A DNA stretch of 63,250 nucleotides, counting the filler. It is 6 parts of 6 records of this genome, joined end to end, with 100 filler letters (N's around TTAATTAATTAA, not from the genome) between each part and the next. Parts side by side here need not be neighbours in the genome. Positions count along the whole stretch, not along the records: positions 1 to 10,044 come from SRR31156797_4093; positions 10,145 to 23,328 come from SRR31156797_4107; 4 more parts are not named here. One strand, written 5' to 3'. The translations under genes were made by a program, and so were the position numbers. Each line of letters opens with the position of its first letter. Position 1 is the stretch's first letter. Shown piece after piece: positions 1-10,145 of this stretch. The notes under the pieces were generated by a model, which did no database searches, was not told where the DNA came from, and worked only from the letters and a program-made list of their open reading frames with translations.

Positions 1-2724
1 GTCAAATACAACCACGGTATCGTTAATTGAATATCCAATTACTGTTAGTATAGCTGCAATGAAGGCCTGATCAATCTCTAGGCTAAATGGTACAATTGAG
101 TACAACATTGAGAATACACCTAACACAACAATTACATCATGCACCAATGCAATCAAAGCTCCTAATCCATATTCCCAATTACGGAAACGAATTAAGATAT
201 ATAAGAAGATTACAATTAAAGAGAATGCAATTGCTAAGTAAGCTTTGTTCTTAATATCTGTTGCAATAGTTGGCCCTACTTTTTGAGAACTCATTCTGTA
301 ATTATTGATAAAATCATCAAAACTTACATCATCACCTAGGTTTGCTTTTAGTCCATTGTATAATTTCTCTTCAATTGAGTTATCAACATCAGTTCCATTT
401 TCATCAATTAAGTAGTTAGTCGCAACTCTTACCTGATTATCTCCTCCAAAAGTTTTTACTTCAACATGAGCTCCTTCGAATTCATCTGCTAATGACTTTT
501 GAATATCTGATGCAGAAACTTTTTCATCAAAACGAACAACATAAGTACGTCCTCCTGAGAAGTCAATTCCTAATTTCAATCCGTGTGTAGCTAATGATGC
601 AACACTCGCTAATAATACAATTCCCGATACAACAAAGAATACTTTCTTCTTCTCAAGGAACTTAACTTTAGTACTTTTAAGGAAACCTTCTGTCAATTTA
701 GTTCCAAACTTCACAGTCCATTTTTTACCTAACATTAACTCAAATGATAAACGAGTAATGAAAATTGCTGAGAAGAATGAAGTAGCAATACCAATCATTA
801 ATGTTGTAGCAAAACCTTTAATTGGACCTGTACCAAATACAAATAAGATAAGACCAGTTAAGAAAGTTGTTACGTTGGCATCAATAATTGCTGAGAATGC
901 ATTTTTATAACCATCAGAAATAGCAAGTCGAACACCTTTCCCGGCAGCCATTTCTTCACGAATACGCTCATAAATAAGTACGTTAGCATCCACCGACATA
1001 CCAATAGTAAGTACGATACCTGCAATACCAGGTAGTGTTAACACTGCACCAAAAGATGCAAGTACTCCCATGATAAAGAACATATTTAATACAAGTGCAA
1101 TATCAGAAACAATACCCGCTCTGAAACTGTAGAAAAAGATCATGTAAGCTAACACAACAATAAATGCCCATACAAATGAAGTCAAACCAGAATTAACTGC
1201 TTCTTCACCTAAAGATGGTCCCACAACGGTATCCTCAACAATACGTGCTGGAGCAGGTAGTTTACCCGACTTTAAAATATTTGCAAGGTCTTTTGCTTCT
1301 TCCGGAGTAAAGTTTCCTGTAATAGAACTTCTTCCTCCTTTAATCTCCACATTAACTGTTGGATAACTATATACATAACCATCTAAAGCAATGGCAACAC
1401 TTTTACCAATATTAGCTTTAGTTAAACGAGCCCAAACATTCGACCCTTCTGCATTCATGCTCATGCTAATTTCATAATTACCTTGCTGGCTGGTTTCAGC
1501 TCTTGCACTAGTAATCACATCTCCTTCTAATGGAGGACGACCATCATGACTTGAAACTTTAACAGCAATCAACTCATAAATCTCATCCTTGCTTTTCGAT
1601 CCATCCTCAAGTTCTCTTTGTGGCAATGGCTTAACACCCCACATGAATCGCACATTTTTAGGGAATAAAGCTCTTACCTGATCCATCTGCAGGTAAGCAT
1701 TTACCTTTGATGTATCTTTTGCATGTGCATAACCTACAAGAGGACCACTCTGACGTTGATTTGGCATTAAAACAGAAAATAAAGAACGACTCATTTCCTG
1801 CGTAGCTAGTGAATCTACTTTTGTGCTGTCTGAATCTAACTGACTTAAAAGATCACTTTCCACATCAGTTGTTTCAGGCTTTACAATTTCGGCTTCTTCT
1901 TTTTCTGCACCCTCTTCTTCAGGTTTATTTAATTCGGCTTTTGCAGTTTCAATTTCAACTACCTTTTGGTTCGCCTGAATTACATTCTGAACAATCTCGC
2001 TAAATTCATAAGTTTCCCAAAATTCCAAACTAGCAGTACCTTGTAAAAGTTTACGAACCCTTTGCGGATCTTTAACTCCAGGTAATTCAACTAATACACG
2101 TCCTGCCTTCTCTAATTTCTGAATATTTGGTTGTGTTACTCCAAATCGGTCAATACGAGTACGAAGAATATTAAATGCATTATCAATTGCACTTGTAGAC
2201 TCTTCCTTAATAACTCTAATAACCTCTTCATTTGAAGTGTTGTAATCAATTCTACCTTTTAATTCTACCGTATTGAATATAGCAGCTAACCTGGCTTCAC
2301 TATCCAATTCTTTAAAGGCAGTATAAAATAAGGTTATAAAATCTGCTGAAGTTGTTTTTTCTTTTTGCTCTGCTATTTGTAAAGCTTCATTAAAAGTAGG
2401 GTCTGAATTGTAATTGGAAAGCGCTTTAAGAATATCAGCTACTTTTACCTCAAGAATAAGGTTCATACCTCCCTTAAGGTCAAGACCAAAGTTGATTTCT
2501 TTTGCTTTACACTCCTGATAAGTGTATTTTCTGATCCCCAAGAAATTATAAACCGGTTCGTTTTTAATAGAATCCAAATAATTAATTTCTGCTTGTGGAT
2601 CACCCAATGCAATTTCTTTTGCCTCTTCTTCTACCTTTTTTGTTTGATATGTAAATATCAACTGATATAAACTTACTAAAGTCAGAAGGATGGCAAACAC
2701 CCTGATTGCTCCTTTGTTTTGCAT
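1..2724 (-). CDS. secDF: Protein translocase SecDF fusion (3' end runs off the window)
   Basis: Not in the ORF track. Manual translation starts MQNKGAIRVFAI at 2724 and contains FGLDLKGG, RIDRFGV, LTLPGIAG, GMSVDANVLIYERIREE, LGIDFSGG and IGYSINDTVVVFD at the window edge. Confidence 0.96.
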   Translation of the reverse strand, partial: MQNKGAIRVFAILLTLVSLYQLIFTYQTKKVEEEAKEIALGDPQAEINYLDSIKNEPVYNFLGIRKYTYQECKAKEINFGLDLKGGMNLILEVKVADILKALSNYNSDPTFNEALQIAEQKEKTTSADFITLFYTAFKELDSEARLAAIFNTVELKGRIDYNTSNEEVIRVIKEESTSAIDNAFNILRTRIDRFGVTQPNIQKLEKAGRVLVELPGVKDPQRVRKLLQGTASLEFWETYEFSEIVQNVIQANQKVVEIETAKAELNKPEEEGAEKEEAEIVKPETTDVESDLLSQLDSDSTKVDSLATQEMSRSLFSVLMPNQRQSGPLVGYAHAKDTSKVNAYLQMDQVRALFPKNVRFMWGVKPLPQRELEDGSKSKDEIYELIAVKVSSHDGRPPLEGDVITSARAETSQQGNYEISMSMNAEGSNVWARLTKANIGKSVAIALDGYVYSYPTVNVEIKGGRSSITGNFTPEEAKDLANILKSGKLPAPARIVEDTVVGPSLGEEAVNSGLTSFVWAFIVVLAYMIFFYSFRAGIVSDIALVLNMFFIMGVLASFGAVLTLPGIAGIVLTIGMSVDANVLIYERIREEMAAGKGVRLAISDGYKNAFSAIIDANVTTFLTGLILFVFGTGPIKGFATTLMIGIATSFFSAIFITRLSFELMLGKKWTVKFGTKLTEGFLKSTKVKFLEKKKVFFVVSGIVLLASVASLATHGLKLGIDFSGGRTYVVRFDEKVSASDIQKSLADEFEGAHVEVKTFGGDNQVRVATNYLIDENGTDVDNSIEEKLYNGLKANLGDDVSFDDFINNYRMSSQKVGPTIATDIKNKAYLAIAFSLIVIFLYILIRFRNWEYGLGALIALVHDVIVVLGVFSMLYSIVPFSLEIDQAFIAAILTVIGYSINDTVVVFD

Positions 2725-2784
2725 CTGTACTTAAGATTTATTTTTATTATCGTTAAAATTTGATTCTTTTTCTCTAGAATTGCG

Positions 2785-2792
2785 CAAATATA
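2785..2792 (-). promoter_or_regulatory. Bacteroidetes-type -7 promoter element (TATATTTG) for secDF
   Basis: Matches the TAnnTTTG consensus about 60 nt upstream of the start codon. Confidence 0.55.
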
Positions 2793-2956
2793 TTGTTTTT
2801 ATTTTAGAAATACCACTACTTCAATTATAGCATCTTATATTATTGTAAAACATACTTTTATTTTATGATTCACCTTATTCTCTTTACATAAAACAAAAAC
2901 GAATCAATTATTTGAATATCACAAATAAAGGTTAGTGAAAACAAATATCTATTTAA

Positions 2957-5398
2957 CTATACCGGGTAAGATTTTATAATTCTTCGAGTATGAAAATACA
3001 CCATAATTAACGATACACCCCACAAAACTCCTGCACAAGCAATCATTAAGGAGAGTGGTAATCTGCTATAATATGCAAAACCAGAGTACCAATAGTTTAA
3101 AACGATATACAATAGAGGTAGAGATAATAATATTCCAGATAAGATAAAATGACTTATAGAAAGAAATAACTCTGCGAATATTTGTTTTGAAGATGCACCT
3201 AATACCTTCTTCGTTGCCAATTCACGACTTTTTACCTCTGCCATATACAAAGCAAACGCCCTTAAACCCAACCATGCTACTAACAGGGAAAGTATCATAA
3301 ATACAAAAACAATCCTTAATACAAGTTTTTCCTCCTTTAAATTATCTTTCAAAACCGAACTGAGCATTTTATATTCAAAAGGTTCATTGGCTGTAAATTT
3401 GTGCCAAATCGATCTTGTTTTTTGTATTACATCCAGTACTTTCTTTTCTGATTCAATTTTTATCAACAAATTTTCATAATAGTTCCCTTTAGGTAAATCC
3501 ATTAGCACAAGTGGTCTTATGGGCATTTGAACTGGTTCATAATGAAAATCCTTGACCACACCTTTAATTGAGAAATCATATTCCTTTTTATGATTTCCTG
3601 TAAAAGCAATGCGTTGGCCCAAAGGTTTATTCATATCCAATAAGTCTTTGGCTTTTTGATTTATCACTACATCCGACTGTGCACTTAAACCTTTCCCCCA
3701 AAAACCTCCTGCTTCAAATTTGACACCGATTAACTTAAAGAAATCCTTTTCTACAAAATTTATGGGCATTAAAACTAATCGATCTCCATTTCTACCCGAA
3801 TAGGTAAAGGAAACCGGCGAAGCTTTTTCTCCAGGAAGCAAAGAGCAAGCTGACATATTTTTCACTCCCTCTATTTGCAGCATCTCCTTTTTAAACGATG
3901 TAAATTCAGTACCCAAGGCATATCCGCGCTCTACCACCAAAACATTCTTGCTATCAAAACCTAAATCCTTATGCTTCAAAAACTGGAGTTGCCATAATGA
4001 GCCCAGCGATAATACACACAAAAATGCAGCAACCAGCAACTGCAAAGCAGCCAGTCCTCCTCTTATCAGAAGTCCACTCTTTTTGGGAATAAAGCCTTGT
4101 TGAAAAATGGTTGTTTCTTTTAACCCGGAAAAACTTATTGCCGGATAAATGCCAGAAACTACTCCTACAATAACCGTTAAAGCAATCACATATAATAAAT
4201 CTAACCTTCCCCCATTCCCACTTACTTTTAAATTTAAATTAAAGTACATATTAAACAACGGAAGCAATAGTTCCACCAACACAAGACCTATAAACAAGGC
4301 AACAAAGCTATAAGTAACAGCCTCAACTATAAATTGAATTACCAGTGCTTTTCGATCTCCACCCACTAATTTCCTAACACCAATTTCCTTTATTCTTAAG
4401 GATGCTCTGGCTGTTGTTAAATTCATAAAGTTGACACAGCTAATTAATAACACAAACAGTGCTAATGATGAAAAGAGGAGAACATACAGTTGTTTAGAGT
4501 TACTTTCCAGTTCATTATCTAAATCAGAATTTAAGTGAATATCATGTAGTTTCTGAAAACTAAACGCTATTTCCTTAACACCGTTAACAATCCCCTCTTC
4601 CTCCTTTTCCATATCATCAACCTGCTGCTTAATCACATGCTGCAACTTCGCCATCAACTTATTTTCGAATTCTTCCGGAGATCGTCTTTTCTTTAAAACA
4701 AAATAAGTATACCAATCTATTCTGAGCCAATTCATCTCCAAAGCAGCTGTCTTTACTTTATCCTTTCCTAAATATAGTTTACGAATAGATTGCTGAGAGG
4801 CAATAAAGTCAAATTGAAAGTGAGAATTGGACGGTTGTGACTCACAAACCCCCGACACCTTAAACTTTAAGCCATTGTCTAGTTCCAGTGTTTTTCCTAT
4901 TGGATTTTCAAATCCAAAATATTTTTTTGCAATCAATGTGGTAATCACCACATCTTCATCTGTCTTTAAGGACGTATTTGCATTTCCATGTATAAATGGC
5001 AAATCAAAAACCTTAAAAAAAGTTGAATCAGCATAGAAAAAGTTATCCTCGTTAAATTTTTTATCCTGATAACTTACAAGTTTGTTTGCTCCTCGCACAA
5101 ACTTGGTAACAAATAGTACATCATCTTTAAAATTGTCTCGAATAAAAGAAGACATTGGCATTGGAGACTTGGCACTTTCAAAAGTGTTATTACCTATAGC
5201 CCCCTTGGTAACAACTCTAAATGTATGCGCACTATGCAAATAACTTTTATCATAACCGCTTTCGTAACGCACATACATTAACACAACCAAACTAATGGTA
5301 ATACCAATAGACAAACCAAATACATTTAAAATAGCATCAGATCTATATCGATAAAGGGAACGAATTGCTACTTTTATATAATTCCAAATCTGTTCCAT
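2957..5398 (-). CDS. MacB/FtsX-family ABC transporter permease (two periplasmic + two FtsX domains)
   Basis: 813 aa with the Bacteroidetes-type duplicated architecture; motifs LNVFGLSIG, CVNFMNLTTAR..RIKEIGVRKLVGG and KDFHY. Confidence 0.9.
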   Translation of the reverse strand: MEQIWNYIKVAIRSLYRYRSDAILNVFGLSIGITISLVVLMYVRYESGYDKSYLHSAHTFRVVTKGAIGNNTFESAKSPMPMSSFIRDNFKDDVLFVTKFVRGANKLVSYQDKKFNEDNFFYADSTFFKVFDLPFIHGNANTSLKTDEDVVITTLIAKKYFGFENPIGKTLELDNGLKFKVSGVCESQPSNSHFQFDFIASQQSIRKLYLGKDKVKTAALEMNWLRIDWYTYFVLKKRRSPEEFENKLMAKLQHVIKQQVDDMEKEEEGIVNGVKEIAFSFQKLHDIHLNSDLDNELESNSKQLYVLLFSSLALFVLLISCVNFMNLTTARASLRIKEIGVRKLVGGDRKALVIQFIVEAVTYSFVALFIGLVLVELLLPLFNMYFNLNLKVSGNGGRLDLLYVIALTVIVGVVSGIYPAISFSGLKETTIFQQGFIPKKSGLLIRGGLAALQLLVAAFLCVLSLGSLWQLQFLKHKDLGFDSKNVLVVERGYALGTEFTSFKKEMLQIEGVKNMSACSLLPGEKASPVSFTYSGRNGDRLVLMPINFVEKDFFKLIGVKFEAGGFWGKGLSAQSDVVINQKAKDLLDMNKPLGQRIAFTGNHKKEYDFSIKGVVKDFHYEPVQMPIRPLVLMDLPKGNYYENLLIKIESEKKVLDVIQKTRSIWHKFTANEPFEYKMLSSVLKDNLKEEKLVLRIVFVFMILSLLVAWLGLRAFALYMAEVKSRELATKKVLGASSKQIFAELFLSISHFILSGILLSLPLLYIVLNYWYSGFAYYSRLPLSLMIACAGVLWGVSLIMVYFHTRRIIKSYPV

Positions 5399-5403
5399 AC
5401 TTT

Positions 5404-6081
5404 TTATTTGATAGTAGTATCCAGCAATAAATGACCATCATACAATTGATATACCTTCCGCGCCCTTTCAGCCACCCTCTTTTCGTGGGTAAATAACAAA
5501 ACTGAAACTCCCTTATCGTTTATATCACTTAATAAGTTTAATATTTCATTGGCATTTGAGGAATTAAAACTGGCAGTTGGTTCATCTGCTAATACGATAT
5601 CAGGTTTTACAATCAAGGCACGGGCTATGGCTATTTTTTGCTGTTGAACTATAGTTAAATCTGCCGGATAATTATTTTTTCTATGTAACAAATTCATCTC
5701 ACCTAGCAATATACCAACTCTTTCTCTCCGTTCTTTTTTCTTAACTTTTTGATATATTAAAGGCAACTCTATATTTTCAGCTACTGTTAATTCGTCTACC
5801 AGATTTGCATTAGAAAAAACAAACCCTATTTTTTGTCTTCGAAGCCCCAGTCGTTCTTTATGCTTCAATTGAAATGGATTCCAATCATTATATTTTAAAA
5901 TACCACTATCTGGTTCCTCTAATAATCCTACAATATTTAACAATGTTGTCTTACCACTACCCGATGGTCCATATATAGCTACAAAATCACCATCTCCCAT
6001 ATCAAAATTGATATTACTTAAGGCAGCTTCTGAAAACTCACCTTCCTTATAAACTTTTGAAACTTCAACTACTTGCAACAT
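5404..6081 (-). CDS. LolD/MacB-type ABC ATP-binding protein
   Basis: Walker A GPSGSGKTT, Walker B IVLADEPT, switch TH. The signature motif is degenerate (LTIVQQQ). Confidence 0.9.
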   Translation of the reverse strand: MLQVVEVSKVYKEGEFSEAALSNINFDMGDGDFVAIYGPSGSGKTTLLNIVGLLEEPDSGILKYNDWNPFQLKHKERLGLRRQKIGFVFSNANLVDELTVAENIELPLIYQKVKKKERRERVGILLGEMNLLHRKNNYPADLTIVQQQKIAIARALIVKPDIVLADEPTASFNSSNANEILNLLSDINDKGVSVLLFTHEKRVAERARKVYQLYDGHLLLDTTIK

Positions 6082-6118
6082 ATATAACTCCTAAAGTGTA
6101 CGGTTCCGCAACAGTTAT

Positions 6119-6134
6119 TGTCCGATAACGAACA
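6119..6134. promoter_or_regulatory. Putative enhancer-binding-protein site TGTCCG-N4-CGAACA
   Basis: Imperfect palindrome with a second copy at 6375-6390 in the same intergenic region. Confidence 0.45.
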
Positions 6135-6284
6135 GCGATTTTTAATTGTGACATAATTAATATATACACCTAACCATCTTATCGCAATTCAAAGCAATTA
6201 CCTAAATAACTATATTAATGAACATTACATCTAACCACTATAATAGATGATTAATTTATACCCCCTTGATTTGTATTATTAACC

Positions 6285-6299
6285 TCATTTTCCATGCCA
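6285..6299 (-). promoter_or_regulatory. Putative sigma-54 -24/-12 promoter (TGGCATGGAAAATGA) facing the ABC genes
   Basis: Resembles TGGCACG-N4-TTGC with GA at -12; lies next to a GAFTGA-containing activator. Confidence 0.4.
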
Positions 6300-6374
6300 C
6301 TCCCCTTAACGCCTTACAATCAAACACATTACATATTCGGCATTCTTTTTGAAAACCAAATCATCATTAAAAAA

Positions 6375-6390
6375 TGTTCGATACTGAACA
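6375..6390. promoter_or_regulatory. Putative enhancer-binding-protein site TGTTCG-N4-TGAACA
   Basis: Imperfect palindrome about 76 bp upstream of the putative -24 element. Confidence 0.45.
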
Positions 6391-6441
6391 ATCTGTATAG
6401 AAAAACAATATCTTTAAATTCAAAATTAAACCAATAAGTTC

Positions 6442-7815
6442 ATGCAAAATAAAAACGGACGCATCCTGGCAATTGACGACAACGAAGATATTTTATTTGC
6501 TTTAAAATTACTTCTCAAATCTCACGTAGAAACGATAAGGACTGAAAACAATCCTGCAAATATAGAATCCATTCTTAAAGATGAATCTTACGACGTTATT
6601 CTTTTGGATATGAATTTTACCAAAGATGCCATTAGTGGTCAGGAAGGATTCTTTTGGCTTGATAAAATTCTTCAGATTGACCCTAACGCTGTCGTATTGT
6701 TTATAACAGCTTATGGCGATGTAGAGAAATCTGTAAAAGCCATCAAAGCCGGCGCAACCGATTTCATTCTTAAGCCATGGCAAAACGAGAAAATTTTAGC
6801 AACCATTTCTTCCGCAGTTAAACTTCGACAATCCCGAAATGAAATACATGATTTAAAGGAAAAGCAGCAGGCTATTAACACTATAATGGATCAACCTTTT
6901 GCAGATTTTATTGGTGTTTCTCCCGGAATGCAAAAAGTATTCAGTACGATTAAAAAAGTTGCGCAAACTGATGCCAATGTTCTTATTCTTGGCGAAAACG
7001 GAACCGGAAAAGAACTTGTTGCCAGAGCTCTTCACAGAAACTCAATCAGAAATAGCGAAGCCTTTGTTAGTGTTGATTTAGGTGCGTTAAGCGAAACGCT
7101 CTTCGAAAGTGAATTATTCGGACATGTAAAAGGAGCTTTTACCGGCGCCAAAGCAGACAGGCCAGGCCGATTTGAACTAGCCAACAAAGGCACTATATTC
7201 TTAGACGAGATTGGAAACTTAAGCCTTCCTTTTCAAGCTAAACTTTTAACTGTATTAGAAAGAAGAGAGGTAACTCGTGTAGGAGCCAATAAACCCAAAC
7301 CTATTGACATAAGATTAATAAGCGCTACCAACATGCCTCTTAAGGATATGGCAGGGAATGACGAATTTAGAATGGACTTATTATACCGTTTGAATACGGT
7401 TGAAATTGAACTGCCGCCTTTAAGAGAAAGGCCTGAAGATATTCCTGTTCTTGCCGAGCATTTTTTAAACAATTTTTCGAGAAAATATAAAAAAGCAGCC
7501 AAGCTCAGTAAAAATGCACTCAACAAATTACTTCACTATCAATGGCCTGGTAACGTGAGGGAGTTTCAACACATTTTAGAAAGAGCTGTTATTTTAAGCG
7601 ATACGCCTATTCTTAACGAAGATGATTTTCAGTTATCTCCACCAAAGGTTAGCTCAGAAGGTTTTGAACTAGATACCTTTAACCTAGAGGAAATAGAAAA
7701 AAGCATTATTGAAAAAGTGCTTAAAATGAATAGGGGAAATATCTCCAAAGCAGCAGGAGAGCTTGGTTTGACCAGAACATCTTTATACAGAAGAATGGAA
7801 AAATATGATTTATAA
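6442..7815 (+). CDS. NtrC-family sigma-54-dependent response regulator
   Basis: REC domain (IDDNED, LLDMNF), GENGTGKE, GAFTGA, FLDEIG, WPGNVRE and a C-terminal Fis-type HTH. Confidence 0.95.
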   Translation: MQNKNGRILAIDDNEDILFALKLLLKSHVETIRTENNPANIESILKDESYDVILLDMNFTKDAISGQEGFFWLDKILQIDPNAVVLFITAYGDVEKSVKAIKAGATDFILKPWQNEKILATISSAVKLRQSRNEIHDLKEKQQAINTIMDQPFADFIGVSPGMQKVFSTIKKVAQTDANVLILGENGTGKELVARALHRNSIRNSEAFVSVDLGALSETLFESELFGHVKGAFTGAKADRPGRFELANKGTIFLDEIGNLSLPFQAKLLTVLERREVTRVGANKPKPIDIRLISATNMPLKDMAGNDEFRMDLLYRLNTVEIELPPLRERPEDIPVLAEHFLNNFSRKYKKAAKLSKNALNKLLHYQWPGNVREFQHILERAVILSDTPILNEDDFQLSPPKVSSEGFELDTFNLEEIEKSIIEKVLKMNRGNISKAAGELGLTRTSLYRRMEKYDL

Positions 7816-9166
7816 GAACTTTAGAATAAATTTTATCATAAGAACTGTATTGCTTACAGGCACCATTTTTTTGTGGTTTTACCTGCTTTATAATACAGAA
7901 TTAACCATGACTCTATTCTTATTTGGTGGAATAGTTATCATTCAGGTTTTTTCATTTATTCATTACATAGATAGAACTAACCGTATTTTAAACAACTTTT
8001 TAGAATCTATTCGATATTCTGATTTCACACGAACATTTCAAATTGAAGGAGAAGGATCTTCTTTTGAGAAACTAAAAAACTCCTTTAACGAGGTAATCAA
8101 AGACTTTCAGGAAGTAAGAGCTGAAAAAGAGGAAAACTTTTATTACCTACAAACTGTTATTCAACACATTGGAATTGCGCTAATTGCATATCAGAAAGAT
8201 GGAAAAGTAGAATTAATTAATAATGCTACCAAAAAACTTTTTCAAGTTAGAAACCTTGGAAATATTCAATCGCTCAATAATTTTAGCAGCGAACTTGTTA
8301 CAAAACTCTTTAATATACAACATGGTGAGAATACACTGATTAAAGTTCAGGAAAAGGACAATTTATTACAGTTAATTATCTACGCCACTGAATTTAAAAT
8401 CCACAACCGCACTATTACACTTGTTTCTATAAAGAACATACAACAAGAGCTGGAAGAAAAAGAAATGGAATCGTGGCAAAAATTAATTCGTGTCTTAACA
8501 CATGAAATAATGAATTCCATTACGCCAATCTCATCTTTGTCCTCAACCGTATCTATGATTTTAAGTGATTTATCAGAAAGCCTTAAAGAGCAAGGTGTAA
8601 ATGCTGATGAAATTGAATCAATTCAAGAAGTTGAAAGTGCCCTGAAAACTATACACAAAAGAACGGATGGCTTACTTCATTTTGTAAATACATACAGAAA
8701 CCTTACTAAAATACCGAATCCTAACTTTAGTATTTTTAAAGTAAGTCATTTGATGAATAATATTAAGAATCTTTATGAAGAGGAGCTGAATAGAAAAAAC
8801 ATACAATGCACTTTATCTATCGAACCGGAATCTTTAGAACTTTCTGCAGATGAGCACCTCATCGAACAAGTGATAATAAATTTGTTGAAAAATGCCATTC
8901 ACGCTTTAGAAGGTCAGAATAATGCTAAACTTACATTAAAAGCATATTTAAATAACCGTGGAAAAATAGTGATTCAGATTACAGATAATGGCCCAGGTAT
9001 ATTACCCGATGTATTAGAAAGAATTTTTATTCCATTTTTCACCACCAAACCCCAAGGCTCTGGTATCGGCCTAAGCCTTTCTCGTCAGATATTAAGATTA
9101 CACGGTGGAACTATCAACGCCTACTCTGAACCGGATAAAGAAACTAAATTTACGCTTACTTTTTAA
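7805..9166 (+). CDS. Sensor histidine kinase (NtrY-like)
   Basis: Two N-terminal TM segments; H-box THEIMNS, N-box NLLKNA, DNGPG, FFTTK, GSGIGL; overlaps the regulator's stop codon. Confidence 0.93.
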   Translation: MIYKNFRINFIIRTVLLTGTIFLWFYLLYNTELTMTLFLFGGIVIIQVFSFIHYIDRTNRILNNFLESIRYSDFTRTFQIEGEGSSFEKLKNSFNEVIKDFQEVRAEKEENFYYLQTVIQHIGIALIAYQKDGKVELINNATKKLFQVRNLGNIQSLNNFSSELVTKLFNIQHGENTLIKVQEKDNLLQLIIYATEFKIHNRTITLVSIKNIQQELEEKEMESWQKLIRVLTHEIMNSITPISSLSSTVSMILSDLSESLKEQGVNADEIESIQEVESALKTIHKRTDGLLHFVNTYRNLTKIPNPNFSIFKVSHLMNNIKNLYEEELNRKNIQCTLSIEPESLELSADEHLIEQVIINLLKNAIHALEGQNNAKLTLKAYLNNRGKIVIQITDNGPGILPDVLERIFIPFFTTKPQGSGIGLSLSRQILRLHGGTINAYSEPDKETKFTLTF

Positions 9167-9845
9167 TTACATTCATCCTATTAAACATCACAGCCAGGTG
9201 TGCATATAAAGATGTGTCCTGTACAACAACATCTTCGTTTAATCGAATACGAATTGGCGTAAAGTTCCAAATCCCTTTTATACCGCCTTCGGCCATGGTT
9301 TGTGCCACATTTTGCGCAAACTCTGCAGGAACCGTTAGTATACCTACCTGCACATTATTATCCTGCATCTTCTTAAACTCATCTACATGATAAATAGGCA
9401 CCCCTTCAATCTTCCTACCTATAATTTTAGGATTGATATCGAAGGCAGCTACGATTTTTAATCCATATTGATCTAAACCATGATCATGAAGCAACGCATT
9501 TCCCAAGCTACCAGCACCAAACAAATAAGCCCTATCTAACGATCTAAAGCCCAAGAAATCTTCCAGAACATCAATCAACGCGTTTACCTCATATCCCACA
9601 CGTGTTTTTCCAACAATACTAGTATACGATAAGTCTTTTGTTACCTGAGTAGGATCCACTCCCATATCGCGGGCTATATGTGTAGATGATACAAATTCCT
9701 GATTTCTTCTTTTTGCCAGTTTTAAATACGCCAAATAACAAGGCATCCTTCTTAATGATGGCTCAGGTACTAACCCTTCCTTTTTTTTATTTTCTCCAAT
9801 CATCGTATTAATCTCTAGCTCATAATTATCAGTGGGGTACAACAA
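9156..9845 (-). CDS. rex: Redox-sensing transcriptional repressor Rex (start probably ATG 9803)
   Basis: VPEPSLRRMPCY, QVTKDLS, GKTRVGY, GAGSLG, IWNFTP. Confidence 0.93.
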   Translation of the reverse strand: MLYPTDNYELEINTMIGENKKKEGLVPEPSLRRMPCYLAYLKLAKRRNQEFVSSTHIARDMGVDPTQVTKDLSYTSIVGKTRVGYEVNALIDVLEDFLGFRSLDRAYLFGAGSLGNALLHDHGLDQYGLKIVAAFDINPKIIGRKIEGVPIYHVDEFKKMQDNNVQVGILTVPAEFAQNVAQTMAEGGIKGIWNFTPIRIRLNEDVVVQDTSLYAHLAVMFNRMNVIKK

Positions 9846-9873
9846 AAGTTTCCACCCTTTAATCTAAGTTTGT

Positions 9874-9881
9874 CAAATGTA
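9874..9881 (-). promoter_or_regulatory. Bacteroidetes-type -7 element (TACATTTG) for rex
   Basis: TAnnTTTG match upstream of rex. Confidence 0.5.
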
Positions 9882-9979
9882 GCCAAGTTTTCTATTACAG
9901 AAAAATTTCATTAATAAATTATTACTGCATTATTTGTGTTATGCAACATTAAAATCACCATAAGGTGCTTGTATAAAAC

Positions 9980-10012
9980 AAAAAAGACCTGCAATTTCTT
10001 GCAAGTCTTTTT
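9980..10012 (-). terminator. Intrinsic terminator downstream of the tRNA
   Basis: AAAAAGACTTGCAA/TTGCAGGTCTTTTT hairpin followed by a U-tract. Confidence 0.7.
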
Positions 10013-10015
10013 CTG

Positions 10016-10044
10016 TGGGCGATGAGGGAGTCGAACCCCCGACC
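10016..10044 (-). tRNA. 3' fragment of a tRNA, cut by the contig end (acceptor stem suggests Val; anticodon not visible)
   Basis: Reverse complement GGTC-GGGGG-TTCGACT-CCCTC-ATCGCCC-A gives a T-arm, the 3' acceptor strand and the discriminator base. Confidence 0.8.
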
Positions 10045-10144
10045 NNNNNNNNNNNNNNNNNNNNNNNNNNNNNNNNNNNNNNNNNNNNTTAATTAATTAA
10101 NNNNNNNNNNNNNNNNNNNNNNNNNNNNNNNNNNNNNNNNNNNN
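10045..10144. other. Artificial contig spacer
   Basis: N44-TTAATTAATTAA-N44, with stops in all six frames. Confidence 0.99.
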
Positions 10145-10145
10145 G

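Noticed and set aside
10016-10044. tRNA fragments at contig ends (also 49740-49796) as integration sites
   Set aside because: Truncation is by the assembly break; no integrase or duplicated att sequence is visible.
10089-10100. TTAATTAATTAA repeated five times in the window
   Set aside because: Artificial linker inside N runs, not a biological repeat or CRISPR.
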